50,949 bases of DNA from Azolla caroliniana. Taxonomy: Eukaryota > Plantae > Polypodiophyta. A program made the position numbers and the translations under genes. The notes beneath the pieces were generated by a model. The model was given only the letters and a program-made list of their open reading frames with translations. It made no database searches and was not told the DNA's origin. Of this stretch, positions 37,506 to 49,179 are shown piece by piece; the stretch's first letter is position 1, and every line of letters begins with the position of its first letter. The DNA is taken from NCBI GenBank assembly GCA_043228905.1, contig JBHGNT010000217.1, positions 1 through 50,949 of the forward strand, in the 5' to 3' direction.

Positions 37506-37970
37506 TGTTACGGGCATGACCATATAATATCCCGTGGTGAGAATTGTCGTAGTATTCTATACACGTGGATAAGTGTGAGGGTTAAACAAAGAGTCTAAAG
37601 AAGGGGAGGATTACTTTTAATCCTCGGGATTGAGACAACCCATGAGGCCAAGTGTGAACATGGCTGGGGGCCTTGAGAATTACTATAAATAAGAGGCCTA
37701 GCTACCCTCATTTCATCATGCATTGACTACGTCGAGACTCTGTCCGTGAGTGGAACGACTCTTGTAGCAAGCGCGCTATCATCCAGGTACGACTCGACGC
37801 CAAGGCGGTGGTATGGGACGCCGATCGAGGCTCGAGTCCGTCTCGATCCCTTCGCTCGGGGGTGGTCGGGTGGATCGGCACCCTTCTTTCTCTCTTTTCT
37901 CTCTATTCTTTCTAGATCTATCATTGATATATCCTTATTTTATGCTTACTTTAGTACCTAATCTCTAATA
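37506..37970 (+). repeat. 5' LTR of Gypsy G (465 bp)
   Basis: TGTTACGGG...CTCTAATA, TATAAATA near 37685. About 4 substitutions and 1 indel versus the 3' LTR. Confidence 0.96.
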
Positions 37971-37972
37971 TT

Positions 37973-37984
37973 TGGTATCAGAGC
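37973..37984 (+). other. PBS (tRNA-iMet) of Gypsy G
   Basis: TGGTATCAGAGC 2 nt after the LTR. Confidence 0.95.
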
Positions 37985-38234
37985 ATATGTACTAACGTTT
38001 CTTTTGGTTTTCTTTTTGTCTTCGCGTGGGATGGCGATTGATCGTTGTGCGGTCGCCTTCATGCAGACAAGGATTAGCGAAAGAACTTCGGTAAATTTTC
38101 CTTAATTTTTTTTATCTAATTTTTCTTCTCCCTTCTATACATGTGTATACTTAATATGTAGTTTTTTTTTCATATATTCAATGATGTTGAAGTGGTATTT
38201 AATTGGTTATCGTTTGACATATAAATCATATGTG

Positions 38235-38460
38235 ATGAGTGTCGTATGCGTACGAGGTTACTACCTCAATTGCGTATTACGTTCACGAACATATGTTACG
38301 TTCGCGTACGAGGTCAATACCTCGATTCGTTCGAAATGATATGCGTTGGGTTTAGTATGCGTAAGAGGTCAATACCTCAATTGCGAATTACGCTTAACCT
38401 TATTTTTGGATGTTTCGTGTGCGTAGAGGTATATGCCTCGATTACGTATCCCGAATACAT
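38235..38460 (+). repeat. Array of four related stem-loops in the G leader
   Basis: GAGGT-N4-(A/G)CCTC at 38254, 38310, 38365, 38426, each preceded by GCGTA. Confidence 0.8.
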
Positions 38461-39546
38461 CATTGTTGGCTATATAAAAAAAACGATTCATTTAGTATAC
38501 GCATATGTGGTCACTTATATACGTCTCTGATCGTATATATGTGATATATTGACATATGTGTATATTTTAGATTACGTGATTCATATCAAATGTTTTCCTA
38601 CTTGGGGAGAGGATTTTGGTGGCCGTCCTCACATTTTTGTGAGAATGGCGTTGTCACCATCCCTTTTATCAACAATTTTTATTGTTGAAATTCCCGTTGG
38701 TCACTTTGATATTTCGTTACGTAACGAACCTCGTATAGCCAAAATGATGTTGAATACGTCGGGCTTGATCCACATCAAGTAGGGTCGCTCTAATGACACA
38801 CGTATCCAACATCTCCCCTCGTTACATGGATACGATGCCACCATGAGCTCGTTCTTACGAGTGGCATTCGTAATGACGTGACCATGTGATGGGCCACATG
38901 AGCCTACGAAGACACAAGGGCTCATTCGGCTTGACCATTAGGTTACACTTTGGCATATGCCATCGTAATTACGAGGCTTGAGGTTAGGTAGCGTACAACC
39001 ATAGTGGGTAATAAATGAGGGAGAAATAAGGCCACTTGACCTATATGTTTCTTTTAAACAAAAACATATAGGGGCAAATGCCTCGCATATCTCGAATACG
39101 CCTCAAACATTAAACATTCAAGACGCGCAATCTACTTGGTTGGCTCAAGTGTTTAATGTATTTGTCCTCGAGGTCTCGAGTTCAAATATGACCAACACCA
39201 TACAACATCGTTGATACATATGACTATAATACATGTTTAGACTTTAGGTCTAAGTGCACTTCGGGGTCCTCGTAATAGGACTTAAAGAACCGAAACCACA
39301 TACGTGGGCACAGAAACATAGTTTATTATTAACATTTTTTTCGTGTATAAACTATTCATGACGCGAAGATACATGGTTGAGCCTCGGGGAGCCGCCATGA
39401 AAAAAATCGATATAGAGATCAGGGAAAGGCATTCATTTGTCACCCCCATGGTTTTTAAAACACCTCTGTGTTACCATAGTAACCTGATCTTGAACCTCAT
39501 CTCATACGTCTAGAGGGGTATTGACGTGAGATCATGATATCGATTA

Positions 39547-42500
39547 ATGTTTGCCCATGATATGTTTACACCACGACAAGATGTTATGACTATTTGTCTG
39601 ACCTTATCTTATTTCTTTGCCAGAAATAATCATTCAATGGCTCAGAATAACGACCCGATGCCCTCCGCTCAAGCGGAAAGAACTCAAGGAAATCCTCCTG
39701 GGACAATGTCCATTGAGGCGTATATTTTACAAGTACAACATTTCCTTAGTTCAACCGCGCAACAGTTGACCGAATTTCGGCAATCTCAAAGTGCTCTCGA
39801 GGCACGAGTCATTAGTCTCCAAAATGAGATTAATAGACCTGATGAGCGTCAGGGTGAACCATCATTTGTCGTAAAGCCATTTACGGGAGATAAAAAGGAA
39901 AGAACCGAAGAAGCAATCTGCACGTGGCTGGGCCGATGGGAGTCTCATTTTGAGCTCTATCCCACGCCAGATAGTACGAAGATTGCATATGTCGGCCGAG
40001 AACTAGGGGGTAAGGCCGCCGCTTGGTGGCGTGGGCTCCGAACTTTGGGGAGATTGCCCGAGACCTGGACAGACTTTGTCACAGTTTTCAAGGGTCAATT
40101 TCTACAACCTCCCTCTCGAACCGAGGCAGCACAAGCTTTAATGAACCTCTCTAGCAGGAAGTTTTCCTCGCTAGAAGACTATGTCCACCATGCTAGAACC
40201 CAAATCCAAAAATCGGGTCTAGAAGGGGACAATTGGTTAATAGCTTGTTTTGTCAATGGCATCCCCAATTCGGACTATCACTGGATAGTGCACGATAAGG
40301 ATCCAAAATCCTTCGAAGAGGCCGTTGAGATAGTTCTTCGCTATCAACGCACTTCGAAGAAGGACCATAACAAACCCAACGAAGCGCCCGGGACTAAGCA
40401 GTCGCAATTCGCTGGGAAACGCAAGACACCCAACGAATTCATGGATCGCGATTATAAGCGACAACATCCTTTTTGCGTATTCTGCAAAAAGAAGGGTCAT
40501 ACAAAAGAGCAATGTCGTAAGCTCCAACGAAAAGAGCACGACGCCAAACCTAAAGCTACAGACCATAAAGGTCAGATTCCTAATGTCCTTCAGGTCTATA
40601 CACATCATTTGAGTAATTGTCAATGTTCTTTCCCTCATTATGTATTGGGTCCCAATGATTTACTACGTGCAAACGGGTATATCAATGGATCTCCCGTACA
40701 ATTTTTATTTGATTCGGGAAGCTCACACAATTTTGTGAATGATCGTTTGGTACAGATATGGGGAATCCAACCCACCGTAAGTGATCACACCTACACGGTG
40801 CACTTGGCTGATGGAAGAGTACAACACATCAACGGGGCGATTCATTCTTTAGGAATTTCTATTGATACCTATATAGAGGAAGTAGACTTCCATGTAATGA
40901 ATCTTAGTACCACCGATGTAATACTGGGTTATCCCTGGTTTTATAATAAAAGCTCTTCTTTATTTATTGATTGGGTTCGCCATTCCATTTCTTTTGTACT
41001 CAACGATTGTACGCATTTTATTCAATGTGTAAAAAAACAATCCCTCTCGATTGTTTCCTCGTGTCCATCAATATCCGAGTTATCTTGTTCTACGTTATTT
41101 TATTGTGTACTTGACCCGGACATTCACGTTTACAATATCGATAATGTCTCGGGTCAATTAACATATTTTGAACAAAAACAACTTGATGAAATCGTAAACG
41201 ATTTTCGTGATGTTTTTCCGAGTGAACTACCTGATGGTTTACCTCCTAAACGTAATATAGACCATCGTATAGATATTGTACCTGGCGTTGCACCCATTAG
41301 TATACCTCCGTATCGCCTAAGTCGATCTGAAGAGGATGAGGTAGCTAAGCAACTTAAGGACTATTTACGAATGGGTTATATACGTTATAGTAAATCTCCA
41401 TGGGGTGCACCAGTTCTCTTGGTTAAAAAGAAAGAGGGCACATGGCGTATGTGTATTAATTACCGACGCTTGAATAAAGTGACGATCAAGAATTCGTACC
41501 CATTGCCCCGGGCTGACGATCTAATTGACCGTCTCCAGGGAGCTCGGTATTTTACGAAACTTGATCTCCGTACTGGCTACCATCAAATACGAATAAGTGA
41601 GGACGATGTTCCTAAAACAGCATTTCGTACGCGCTACGGCCATTATGAGTTTTTGGTTATGCCTTTTGGTTTGACCAATGCTCCGGCTACATTTCAACAA
41701 GAAATGAATGACATTTTCCGAGAACAACTTGGAAAATTTGTCGTTATCTTCTTAGATGATATTTTAGTTTATAGCCGTACATTACAAGAACATGCTAGAC
41801 ATGTCCGCTTTGTTTTACAAATATTGCGTGACAAACAATTTTACGCGAAGATCTCAAAATGTGAGTTCTTCAAGAAATCAATTACTTATCTTGGACATCT
41901 CATAACCGAACGAGGAGTTGAAATTGATCCTTCTCGCATCGAGAAAATCAAGCTTTGGCCCACTCTTCGGAATATTCGAGAAGTTCGCTCATTCCTTGGT
42001 TTTGTCGGATTTTTGCGAAAATCTCTTCGTAATTACTCACAATTGACGACGCCGTTTACTGATCTTCTAAAAGGTCAAACGCGTAAGTCTACAAAACCTA
42101 TTGTGTGGAATGCTACACTAGACCTCGCCTTTAAGGAACTCAAGGACTTGGTATGCAAGGCTCCTTCACTTCTTTTACCCGATCCTTCAAAACCTTTTGA
42201 GGTTGAAACCGACGCAAGCGATTATGCTATAGGTGCTGTCTTGTATCAAGATGGTAAACCAATAGCATTCGAGAGTAAGAAACTTGATTCTGCTCAATGT
42301 CGGTATACCGTTCAAGAAAAGGAATTATTTGCGGTTATACATGCGCTCAAAACATGGCGCCATTATCTTTATGGAAATCGCTTTGTGGTAACTACGGACC
42401 ACGAGTCCTTGAAATATTTTTGTGACCAACAAGACCTGAAAGGTCGTAAGGCACGATGGGCTGATCTCATCCAGGACTTTGATTTTTCCATACGATATCG

Positions 42501-44070
42501 TAAAGGTTCCATGAATACTGTCGCTGATGCACTAAGTCGCATCCGTGAAGTTAACATGCTTAGCTTCACTGAAATAACATCAGATCTTTATGATCACCTT
42601 CGAGGAAAGTATCCTGATGACAATTATTTTGCAAAATACTGGGCAAGAGTCGAGTCTGGAACAGACACCACCACACCCTCGAAGGAATACTTCCACATTG
42701 CTAACGATCTGCTCTACCGTAATGGGAAGGTTTGTGTTCCAGATTTGCCTGAGGTCAAAAAGAGAATTCTTTTTGAATGCCATGATGCACCCTCAGCAGG
42801 GCACCCTGGAATACATCGTACACTCGTTATCATCTCCACTCAATTTTATTGGCCTAAGATGCGTCCTGACATACATAGCTATGTGACTAAATGTCACCAA
42901 TGTCAGGTTAACAAAGCCGAGCGACTTAAAGCCGCAGGACTTTTACATCCCTTGGACATTCCCAATAATAAGTGGGAAAGTATATCCATGGATTTTATTG
43001 TTAGCCTTCCTCGCACCCAAAAAGGTCATGATGCCATATGGGTTGTGGTTGACAGACTAACTAAAATGGCCAGATTTATTGCTACTAAAACCACGGTAAC
43101 AGCTCCTGAATTGGCTTACCAATTCGTTGATGAGTTATTTCGTTTTTACGGGTTACCGATGGATATCGTGAGTGACCGAGATCCAAAGTTTACTAGTGAC
43201 TTCTGGACGCAAGTCTTTAAGAAGTTAGAAACTACGTTGAGCATGAGCTCCACGGATCATCCTCAATCCGATGGACAGACAGAACGAGTAAATCAAATTA
43301 TTGAGGACATGCTTCGAGCATACGTTGGTGCAAAACCAACAAAATGGGAACGTTACCTCCCAATTTTGGAGTTTGCTTATAACAGCTCCAAGCATACGTC
43401 GACGGGATATAGTCCTTTTATGTTGATGTATGGATTTCAGCCACGAGCCCCGATTGATGTTAATATACATCATGATGAGTTGCGAAGTACGCAAAACTTT
43501 CTTCGGGATATGCAAGATATGTTGCATATTGCACGGGATAATATAAAAACAGCTCAAGATAGAGCGCGTTTTTATGCCGATCATCATAGGCAACCTCGTG
43601 TATTCAGCCCTGGACAGAAGGTATTTTTACGTGTACCTCACAATTCTAAGACATTGTCTACGGGTAAGTGCGCTAAGTTAGCCCCACGGTTTTGTGGACC
43701 TTTTACAGTCCTCAAACGCATTGGATCATCAGCCTATCGTCTCGCTCTTCCCGATGGTGTTGGAATCCATTCAGTCTTTCATGTAAGTCGTCTAAAAGAA
43801 CTTCTAGGTTCTGGCGACAATACAGTTACAACTGAAACTCTGGTTACTTCTGAAGATTTATCTTCTAAACCACATGTACCAGAAAGAATTCTCGATGTTA
43901 AAACAAAAAAATTACGTACTAAGGAAATCCGAGAATTTAAAATAAAATGGATGGATAAATCAATCAAAGATGCCACATGGGAACGCGAAACGACTCTAAC
44001 AACTAACTTCCCTAACTTTCCATTGCAAGAGTGCAATGTTTTAAAGAGGGGGAGTATGTTACGGGCATGA
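39547..44070 (+). CDS. gag-pol: Gypsy G Gag-Pol polyprotein (Gag, CCHC, PR, RT, RNase H, INT, chromodomain); likely start ATG 39637 (1477 aa)
   Basis: 1507-codon ORF: [89 protein letters not shown]...FKIKW...ATWE. Confidence 0.96.
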   Translation: MFAHDMFTPRQDVMTICLTLSYFFARNNHSMAQNNDPMPSAQAERTQGNPPGTMSIEAYILQVQHFLSSTAQQLTEFRQSQSALEARVISLQNEINRPDERQGEPSFVVKPFTGDKKERTEEAICTWLGRWESHFELYPTPDSTKIAYVGRELGGKAAAWWRGLRTLGRLPETWTDFVTVFKGQFLQPPSRTEAAQALMNLSSRKFSSLEDYVHHARTQIQKSGLEGDNWLIACFVNGIPNSDYHWIVHDKDPKSFEEAVEIVLRYQRTSKKDHNKPNEAPGTKQSQFAGKRKTPNEFMDRDYKRQHPFCVFCKKKGHTKEQCRKLQRKEHDAKPKATDHKGQIPNVLQVYTHHLSNCQCSFPHYVLGPNDLLRANGYINGSPVQFLFDSGSSHNFVNDRLVQIWGIQPTVSDHTYTVHLADGRVQHINGAIHSLGISIDTYIEEVDFHVMNLSTTDVILGYPWFYNKSSSLFIDWVRHSISFVLNDCTHFIQCVKKQSLSIVSSCPSISELSCSTLFYCVLDPDIHVYNIDNVSGQLTYFEQKQLDEIVNDFRDVFPSELPDGLPPKRNIDHRIDIVPGVAPISIPPYRLSRSEEDEVAKQLKDYLRMGYIRYSKSPWGAPVLLVKKKEGTWRMCINYRRLNKVTIKNSYPLPRADDLIDRLQGARYFTKLDLRTGYHQIRISEDDVPKTAFRTRYGHYEFLVMPFGLTNAPATFQQEMNDIFREQLGKFVVIFLDDILVYSRTLQEHARHVRFVLQILRDKQFYAKISKCEFFKKSITYLGHLITERGVEIDPSRIEKIKLWPTLRNIREVRSFLGFVGFLRKSLRNYSQLTTPFTDLLKGQTRKSTKPIVWNATLDLAFKELKDLVCKAPSLLLPDPSKPFEVETDASDYAIGAVLYQDGKPIAFESKKLDSAQCRYTVQEKELFAVIHALKTWRHYLYGNRFVVTTDHESLKYFCDQQDLKGRKARWADLIQDFDFSIRYRKGSMNTVADALSRIREVNMLSFTEITSDLYDHLRGKYPDDNYFAKYWARVESGTDTTTPSKEYFHIANDLLYRNGKVCVPDLPEVKKRILFECHDAPSAGHPGIHRTLVIISTQFYWPKMRPDIHSYVTKCHQCQVNKAERLKAAGLLHPLDIPNNKWESISMDFIVSLPRTQKGHDAIWVVVDRLTKMARFIATKTTVTAPELAYQFVDELFRFYGLPMDIVSDRDPKFTSDFWTQVFKKLETTLSMSSTDHPQSDGQTERVNQIIEDMLRAYVGAKPTKWERYLPILEFAYNSSKHTSTGYSPFMLMYGFQPRAPIDVNIHHDELRSTQNFLRDMQDMLHIARDNIKTAQDRARFYADHHRQPRVFSPGQKVFLRVPHNSKTLSTGKCAKLAPRFCGPFTVLKRIGSSAYRLALPDGVGIHSVFHVSRLKELLGSGDNTVTTETLVTSEDLSSKPHVPERILDVKTKKLRTKEIREFKIKWMDKSIKDATWERETTLTTNFPNFPLQECNVLKRGSMLRA
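44043..44054 (+). other. Polypurine tract of Gypsy G
   Basis: AAAGAGGGGGAG 2 nt before the 3' LTR. Confidence 0.9.
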
Positions 44071-44520
44071 CCATATAATATCCCGTGGTGAGAATTGTCG
44101 TAGTATTCTATACACGTGGATAAGTGTGAGGGTTAAATGAGAGTCTAAAGAAGTGGAGGATTACTTTTAATCCTCGGGATTGAGACAACCCATGAGGCCA
44201 AGTGTGAACATGGCTGGGGGCCTTGAGAATTACTATAAATAAGAGGCCTAGCTACCCTCATTTCATCATGCATTGACTACGTCGAGACTCTGTCTGTGAG
44301 TGGAACGACTCTTGTAGCAAGCGCGCTATCATCCAGGTACGACTCGACGCCAAGGCGGTGGTATGGGACGCCGATCGAGGCTCGAGTCCGTCTCGATCCC
44401 TTCGCTCGGGGGTGGTCGGGTGGATCGGCACCCTTCTTTCTCTCTTTTCTCTCTATTCTTTCTAGATCTATCATTGATATATCCTTATTTTATGCTTACT
44501 TTAGTACCTAATCTCTAATA
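44057..44520 (+). repeat. 3' LTR of Gypsy G (464 bp)
   Basis: Direct repeat of 37506-37970 followed by TSD GCTCG. Confidence 0.96.
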
Positions 44521-45697
44521 GCTCGTTACGTCCTTCCTCTTCTATGGTTGGTTCTCCGTCTTAATCGGAGTCTATTTCTTCTTCCTTTTCAGATTTGACC
44601 GGATAACTTTCGGTCGATCCAGCTCTAGATTGGTCTTTGACTGATCCGACTCCCTGTCCAGATCCAATCGACTCACCTTGTTCTTTAGTCGGCATTCGAC
44701 TTCCGACTGGCTGGGAGAATGTATTCGACTTCTCCTTCTCCCAGTCACCAATGGTCTTCTCCTCCATGAAGACTATGTCTCGGCTCCAGATCACTTTCTT
44801 CTCGGCTAAGTCCCATAGCTGGTAGCCGAAGTCGTCGTCGTCGTATCCAGGAATATGCATGGACGAGTCTTCGGGTCCAGTTTTCCCCGCTGGTCTTTTG
44901 CAACATGCACATAGGCAAGACAACTGAACACCCTCAGATGCCGGTATGAGACATCTTTGCCGGTCCACACTCTTTGTGGAATATCTCCATCCAGGGGTAC
45001 TGAGGGTGACCTATTTATCACATAGACTGCCGTCATCAGCGCCTTAGGCCAAAACGTCTTGGACAGTTTTGCATGTGCAAACATGCTCTAGACTCTCTCT
45101 CCATGACGGTCTAGTTCATTCTTTCGGCCTGCTCGTTTAGTTCTGGCATTTTCTTCACAGTGTATTAGAGCTGGATTCGCTTCGACCAACAATACTCCTC
45201 AAATTTTCCTCGGTATTCTCCTCCATTATCCGCTCGAACCACTTTCAATTTCCGTCTGGTCTCTCTCTTGACCCTCGCTTGGAACTCCTTGAAGATTGAC
45301 AACACCTGGTCCTTGGTATTCAATACGGAATCCCACAACTTTCGGCTATAGTCGTCTATGAAGGTCATGAAATACTGTGAACTAGCGTGAGACTTTGTAT
45401 CTACATAACATACATCGGTATGCACGAGTTCCAGCAACATCTTCTTTCTCTTCGGGGGTCTTGATTAAAAGGAGGCTCTGTTTTGCTTACCGGTCAAGAA
45501 ATCGGTGCACTTCTCAAGTTGCACATTCTTCACCGCCGGAATAAGGTTATCCTCGGCAAGCTTCCACATCCCCGTCTCATTCATGTGGCATAGCCTCTTG
45601 TGCCACAACTTACTTGCTATGCCAACTACCACATTTACTTCCTCCTAGCATAATCAAGCATGCATAAGATACAATGTGTTTGTCTTCTGGGCTCGGT

Positions 45698-47533
45698 CCA
45701 CTCTTCGTGGCTTGTCATGTGGTTAGATGCTTTGGGGTCGACGTACCACACTTCCTCCGATCCGGAAGTGGTCTTCTTCATTGAGTTCGCCTTATGCTTC
45801 ATCACAAAGGCTGACCCTTTTCCGGTCTTTTCGGTTCCGGATCCTTCTGCGTAGTGTGATCTTTTCCAATTCCCTTGTCTAGCCTTGCCGGATCCGGATT
45901 TATCCGAATCGACGCGCTTCTTCCAGCACTTGCTTTCTCTGTGGCCCTTCCGGCCACAGTACCAACATTCCTGCCTGTTGGAGAAAGGAGTGAGAATGAG
46001 GAGCCGGCCTTACCACCGTGGCTAAATCCACGGATTGGTTCCTCCGGGTCCAAGGCCAGGGTCTTGGCGGGTTTACTGTGTGACGATAGGTGGCGGGTGT
46101 GCCCACAAGGAGGATAATTTGCAACTCAGATAGATTTAAGTTTCTCTCTACTTAGTCAGGAGAGATCTTTGTGGGAGAGACTTGATTTAGCCGCTCTTTC
46201 CAAAAGACAAGAATGTAAATGAAAAACATCTCCCGGATATGCCTCGTGAATCAGTTAGCGAGGTCAATGGTTACATGAACCAAATTACCCTTTACCTAGA
46301 ATTTCTAAAAGAATTTATGAGGGTGTATATAGAGCCAAAACTTATTCAACTATTACATGCCGACCCACCTCGTCCTCCACACCCACGGGGCTGATCCGCC
46401 TTCGTGTACATCACCCAACTGTCCAATTGAGTGGCCCTTGACCCACTCGCATGGTTTTCTTTGACCATGAGCATCAATTGCAGGTCGAAGAAGGACGATG
46501 GTTTCTCCCGGGTGCAAATTGCCATCCAGATTGGCTTGTACCGGTGTGCTAGACCACGAGGCAGATCTAGACCATCTCGTCCTCGTCCAACGTCATGTTG
46601 ATGGACCTGAGCGCATCGCAAATCTCCTTGATCTTGGTGGTGTAGTCTGTGACCGACATGTCCCGTTGCTGGATACTATTGAGCTTTTGCTGGAGCTACA
46701 ATTTCGAAGTCGTGGTACTTTCAGTAACTTTGCATCTCTGATGTAGCCAAGAATTTGGTCGTGCACACAGGACGCGAGGCAGTACAACACCCTACTCACT
46801 CCTTGCTCCCATATCGAGAAGTCCTCGTGTGCCGAATCCAGCGTTGCTTCATTTGCCCCTTCCACGTAGCTCCAGTATCCATGCCCGAGCATGTACTGGT
46901 GCATTTTATACGACCAAGATGCATAGTTGCTATGATCGAGCTTTTTTGTTGGAAGCAAACTCGCCATGCTTCTGTCCATATATTTCTTCTTGTTCTTTAT
47001 TGGGTGTTAGGGTTTGTCTGTGAGCGTCACTCGTGGGCAGTAGACGATTCTCAACCCTCGCACTCTGATACCATGTAAAAGTTAATATGTGAAAGCTTTT
47101 AGATAAACCGGCTCAACCGGATAACAACAGTAGAACGAAAATGAGGGTTTAATGGAAGCTTAAGAATACACAATACACGGGAGAGACAGAGAGAGCAAAA
47201 CAACATAAACTCAATTCAAAATAATAACACTTTGTACATACAAATGTCCAACATAACACTTTTTATACAAGTCCTTAAAAGGACTGACAAAAGTATTGAC
47301 ATGTACTTCAATGCTCATATGACCGACTGACACTAACTCCAAGGAATATGCCTACGTACTAGGCTCGAGCCGTAGGCTCCAACGGCCTACCGGTTCTCAC
47401 TATCCCAGAGTACAATCCAGTTCTCTGGTCCGGCTCTAGGTTCTAGACACCTATCCGGTTCTCTGTTCTGGATACTGATCCGGCTCTGGTTTATCCAACC
47501 GATATAGATTCGGTTGAGCTTGCCCACTCAACA
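45698..47533 (-). mobile_element. 5' fragment of an A-related Copia (element H): LTR, PBS, gag, start of protease
   Basis: LTR 47533-47074 (TGTTGAG...TTTACA), PBS TGGTATCAGAG 47073-47063, gag from 46979 (KLDHSNYASWSYKMHQY), CWYCGRKGHRESKC, VWYVDPKASNHMTSH. Confidence 0.88.
46079..46357. mobile_element. AT-rich insertion in H gag, possible LTR remnant
   Basis: Non-coding block with TGT...ACA ends interrupting gag. No matching TSD found. Confidence 0.4.
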
Positions 47534-48567
47534 CTCACCAACATGCGGTTACAACAAAGATTCTCTTGCTCTCTCTCTCACGCTGTCGTGAATGATTTTC
47601 TTCACGATATAAAAGTAAACTTACATATTGTATTCAGTAATATTTGAGAGACTTGAACCCACAACCTCACACACCAAATTCAACACACCTACCATTAGGC
47701 TAGGTCACTTGTTTTTAGATCTATATTTTCATGTTTATACTTATACCATATATATTTTAATACATGAAAGCTCAAATGAGCGAGATGTCTACCATGCATC
47801 ACATGTAATGCATGAACACCAAATGGTGATCATGCATCACATGCATTTCATGCACTACATGCATGTCTTGTACCCTCCAATGCATCATATTCATGGGGGC
47901 ACCTATTTAAAGAGTGAAAGAGAAAAGAGGAAAAGGCAAGTGAAAGTTAGAAAATAAAATAATCAAACAAACAAGTTAGATCATTGCAAAGAGGCTCGTG
48001 TTTCGAAGTTGGAATCAAGGGTTCAAATCTACAATTCAGCAAAAGAAAAGTCACATCTTGTGATCGACATTGTAACTTTGGTAAAATCTTGGGTTTTTAA
48101 TATAGTACATATTCTTATCATATTTTCTTACCTCTTAAATCATACATTGTCCCTTATCTCTTATCTATGCTCATCTGTCTCTCGCACATTACTTTTAACT
48201 CTTGTTCTTCCTATCCTTAATCTTTCTAACATTGTTGCACAAGCCGTATAAAATATATAGCCAACTCCTTTTAACCTTAGTCCCTACGACTTCATCGCAC
48301 GAACCACAACTACCCCGACAACGCTTCGTCTGTTCTGTTGCAGAGGCAACGACCTCGTATGCACCGTGCACAGTTACACAGACGGCTCTCTCTTCAAGAC
48401 AACTAACTCACTCATAATGTTTTCCCTAGTTATCTTTATACTTAGATAACTTTCGGGCTATTTACATAACCAACTTGAACAACCTCGATTCAAAAACCTA
48501 TTTACATTTTCCGAATACTCATTCGGACTTCATCCAGTTTCCGACCGGGTGTAGCATTTTCCTTTAT
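47534..48567 (-). mobile_element. Tork-like LTR fragment (47534-47583 and 48321-~48567), split by a solo LTR
   Basis: CGGTTACAACA...CTCTCTCACGCT resembles 35036-35089. CCCTAG...AACTTTCGGGCTATTTACA resembles 15216-15259. Confidence 0.6.
47584..48320. mobile_element. Probable solo LTR (737 bp)
   Basis: Termini TGTCG...CGACA, flanked by ACGC(T) on both sides (47580-47583, 48321-48325). Non-coding. Confidence 0.65.
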
Positions 48568-49179
48568 TTTGAAGTCGACCTATCCAGAAGGGACCTAATT
48601 CTCAACAGGTGGAATGACGCTCCAGAGTCGACCACCCATGTCGTTTCATCGTTGACAAGGTTCACTTCGTTTTGTTCGCCAATCAACAACAACTCCTCCT
48701 CACTTGTCGCGATCGTTGAGGTGTTTTTACAATCCATATTCTTCTTCAGATCTGCACAATCAATCCCCCTTTCTCTTTTCGAAAGTGTCGACAATTCTTT
48801 TGGAAATGTTGGCTTCCCACAATAGAATCATGTGGGCCTCCCCCTCGACTTTGACCTCGTCCTCGACATCTCCCGATTTTGAGGACTTCTATTCCGATCT
48901 CTCCCCCAGTTCATGTCACCTATTGTGAAATACCTTTGGGTTGGTTACAAACTCTCGGTCCTTCTAGCAAGCTTCCTCATTTAGCAAGCTCGACTTCACC
49001 ATCTCTAAGGATAAATGTTTCCCTTCCGGTCTGGCGTTGCCCAAGGTGACAACCAATATTTCCCAGCTATCTAGAAAGGATCCCAACAACAATAATGCCA
49101 ATACCTCATCGACAAGAGTTACTTTTAGAGAGGTGGTTTGATTTATTAGTCCTTGGAAGACATTCAAATGTTCCGCCAA
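48568..49179 (-). pseudogene. gag: Tork-like Copia gag-protease fragment (probably the 5' part of F)
   Basis: AEHLNVFQGLINQTTSL...KSSLLNEEA and NDETTWVVDSGASFH, matching the C peptides. Confidence 0.85.

Larger units (their letters stand above)
37506..44520 (+). mobile_element. Structurally intact Ty3/Gypsy chromovirus (element G)
   Basis: LTRs 37506-37970 and 44057-44520, TSD GCTCG (37501-37505, 44521-44525), iMet PBS, PPT, single uninterrupted gag-pol. Confidence 0.97.
34795..45697 (-). mobile_element. Decayed Tork/Tnt1-like Copia (element F): INT-RT-RH and 3' LTR, split by Gypsy G
   Basis: LWHKRLCHM, ELVHTDVC, RADNGGEY (44526-45697); QLDVKMAFLHG, LLYVDDM, SWQSRLQ, RTKHI (35350-37500); PPT GAGTGAAGGGTGAG at 35334-35347. 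Same family as C. Confidence 0.88.

Noticed and set aside
37727-37961. Identical 65-71 aa ORFs at 37.7 kb and 44.3 kb
   Set aside because: They are duplicated only because they lie in G's two LTRs.
38235-38460. CRISPR-like repeat-spacer interpretation of the hairpin array
   Set aside because: Eukaryotic retroelement context, no cas genes, degenerate repeats, and the intervening sequence pairs within each unit.
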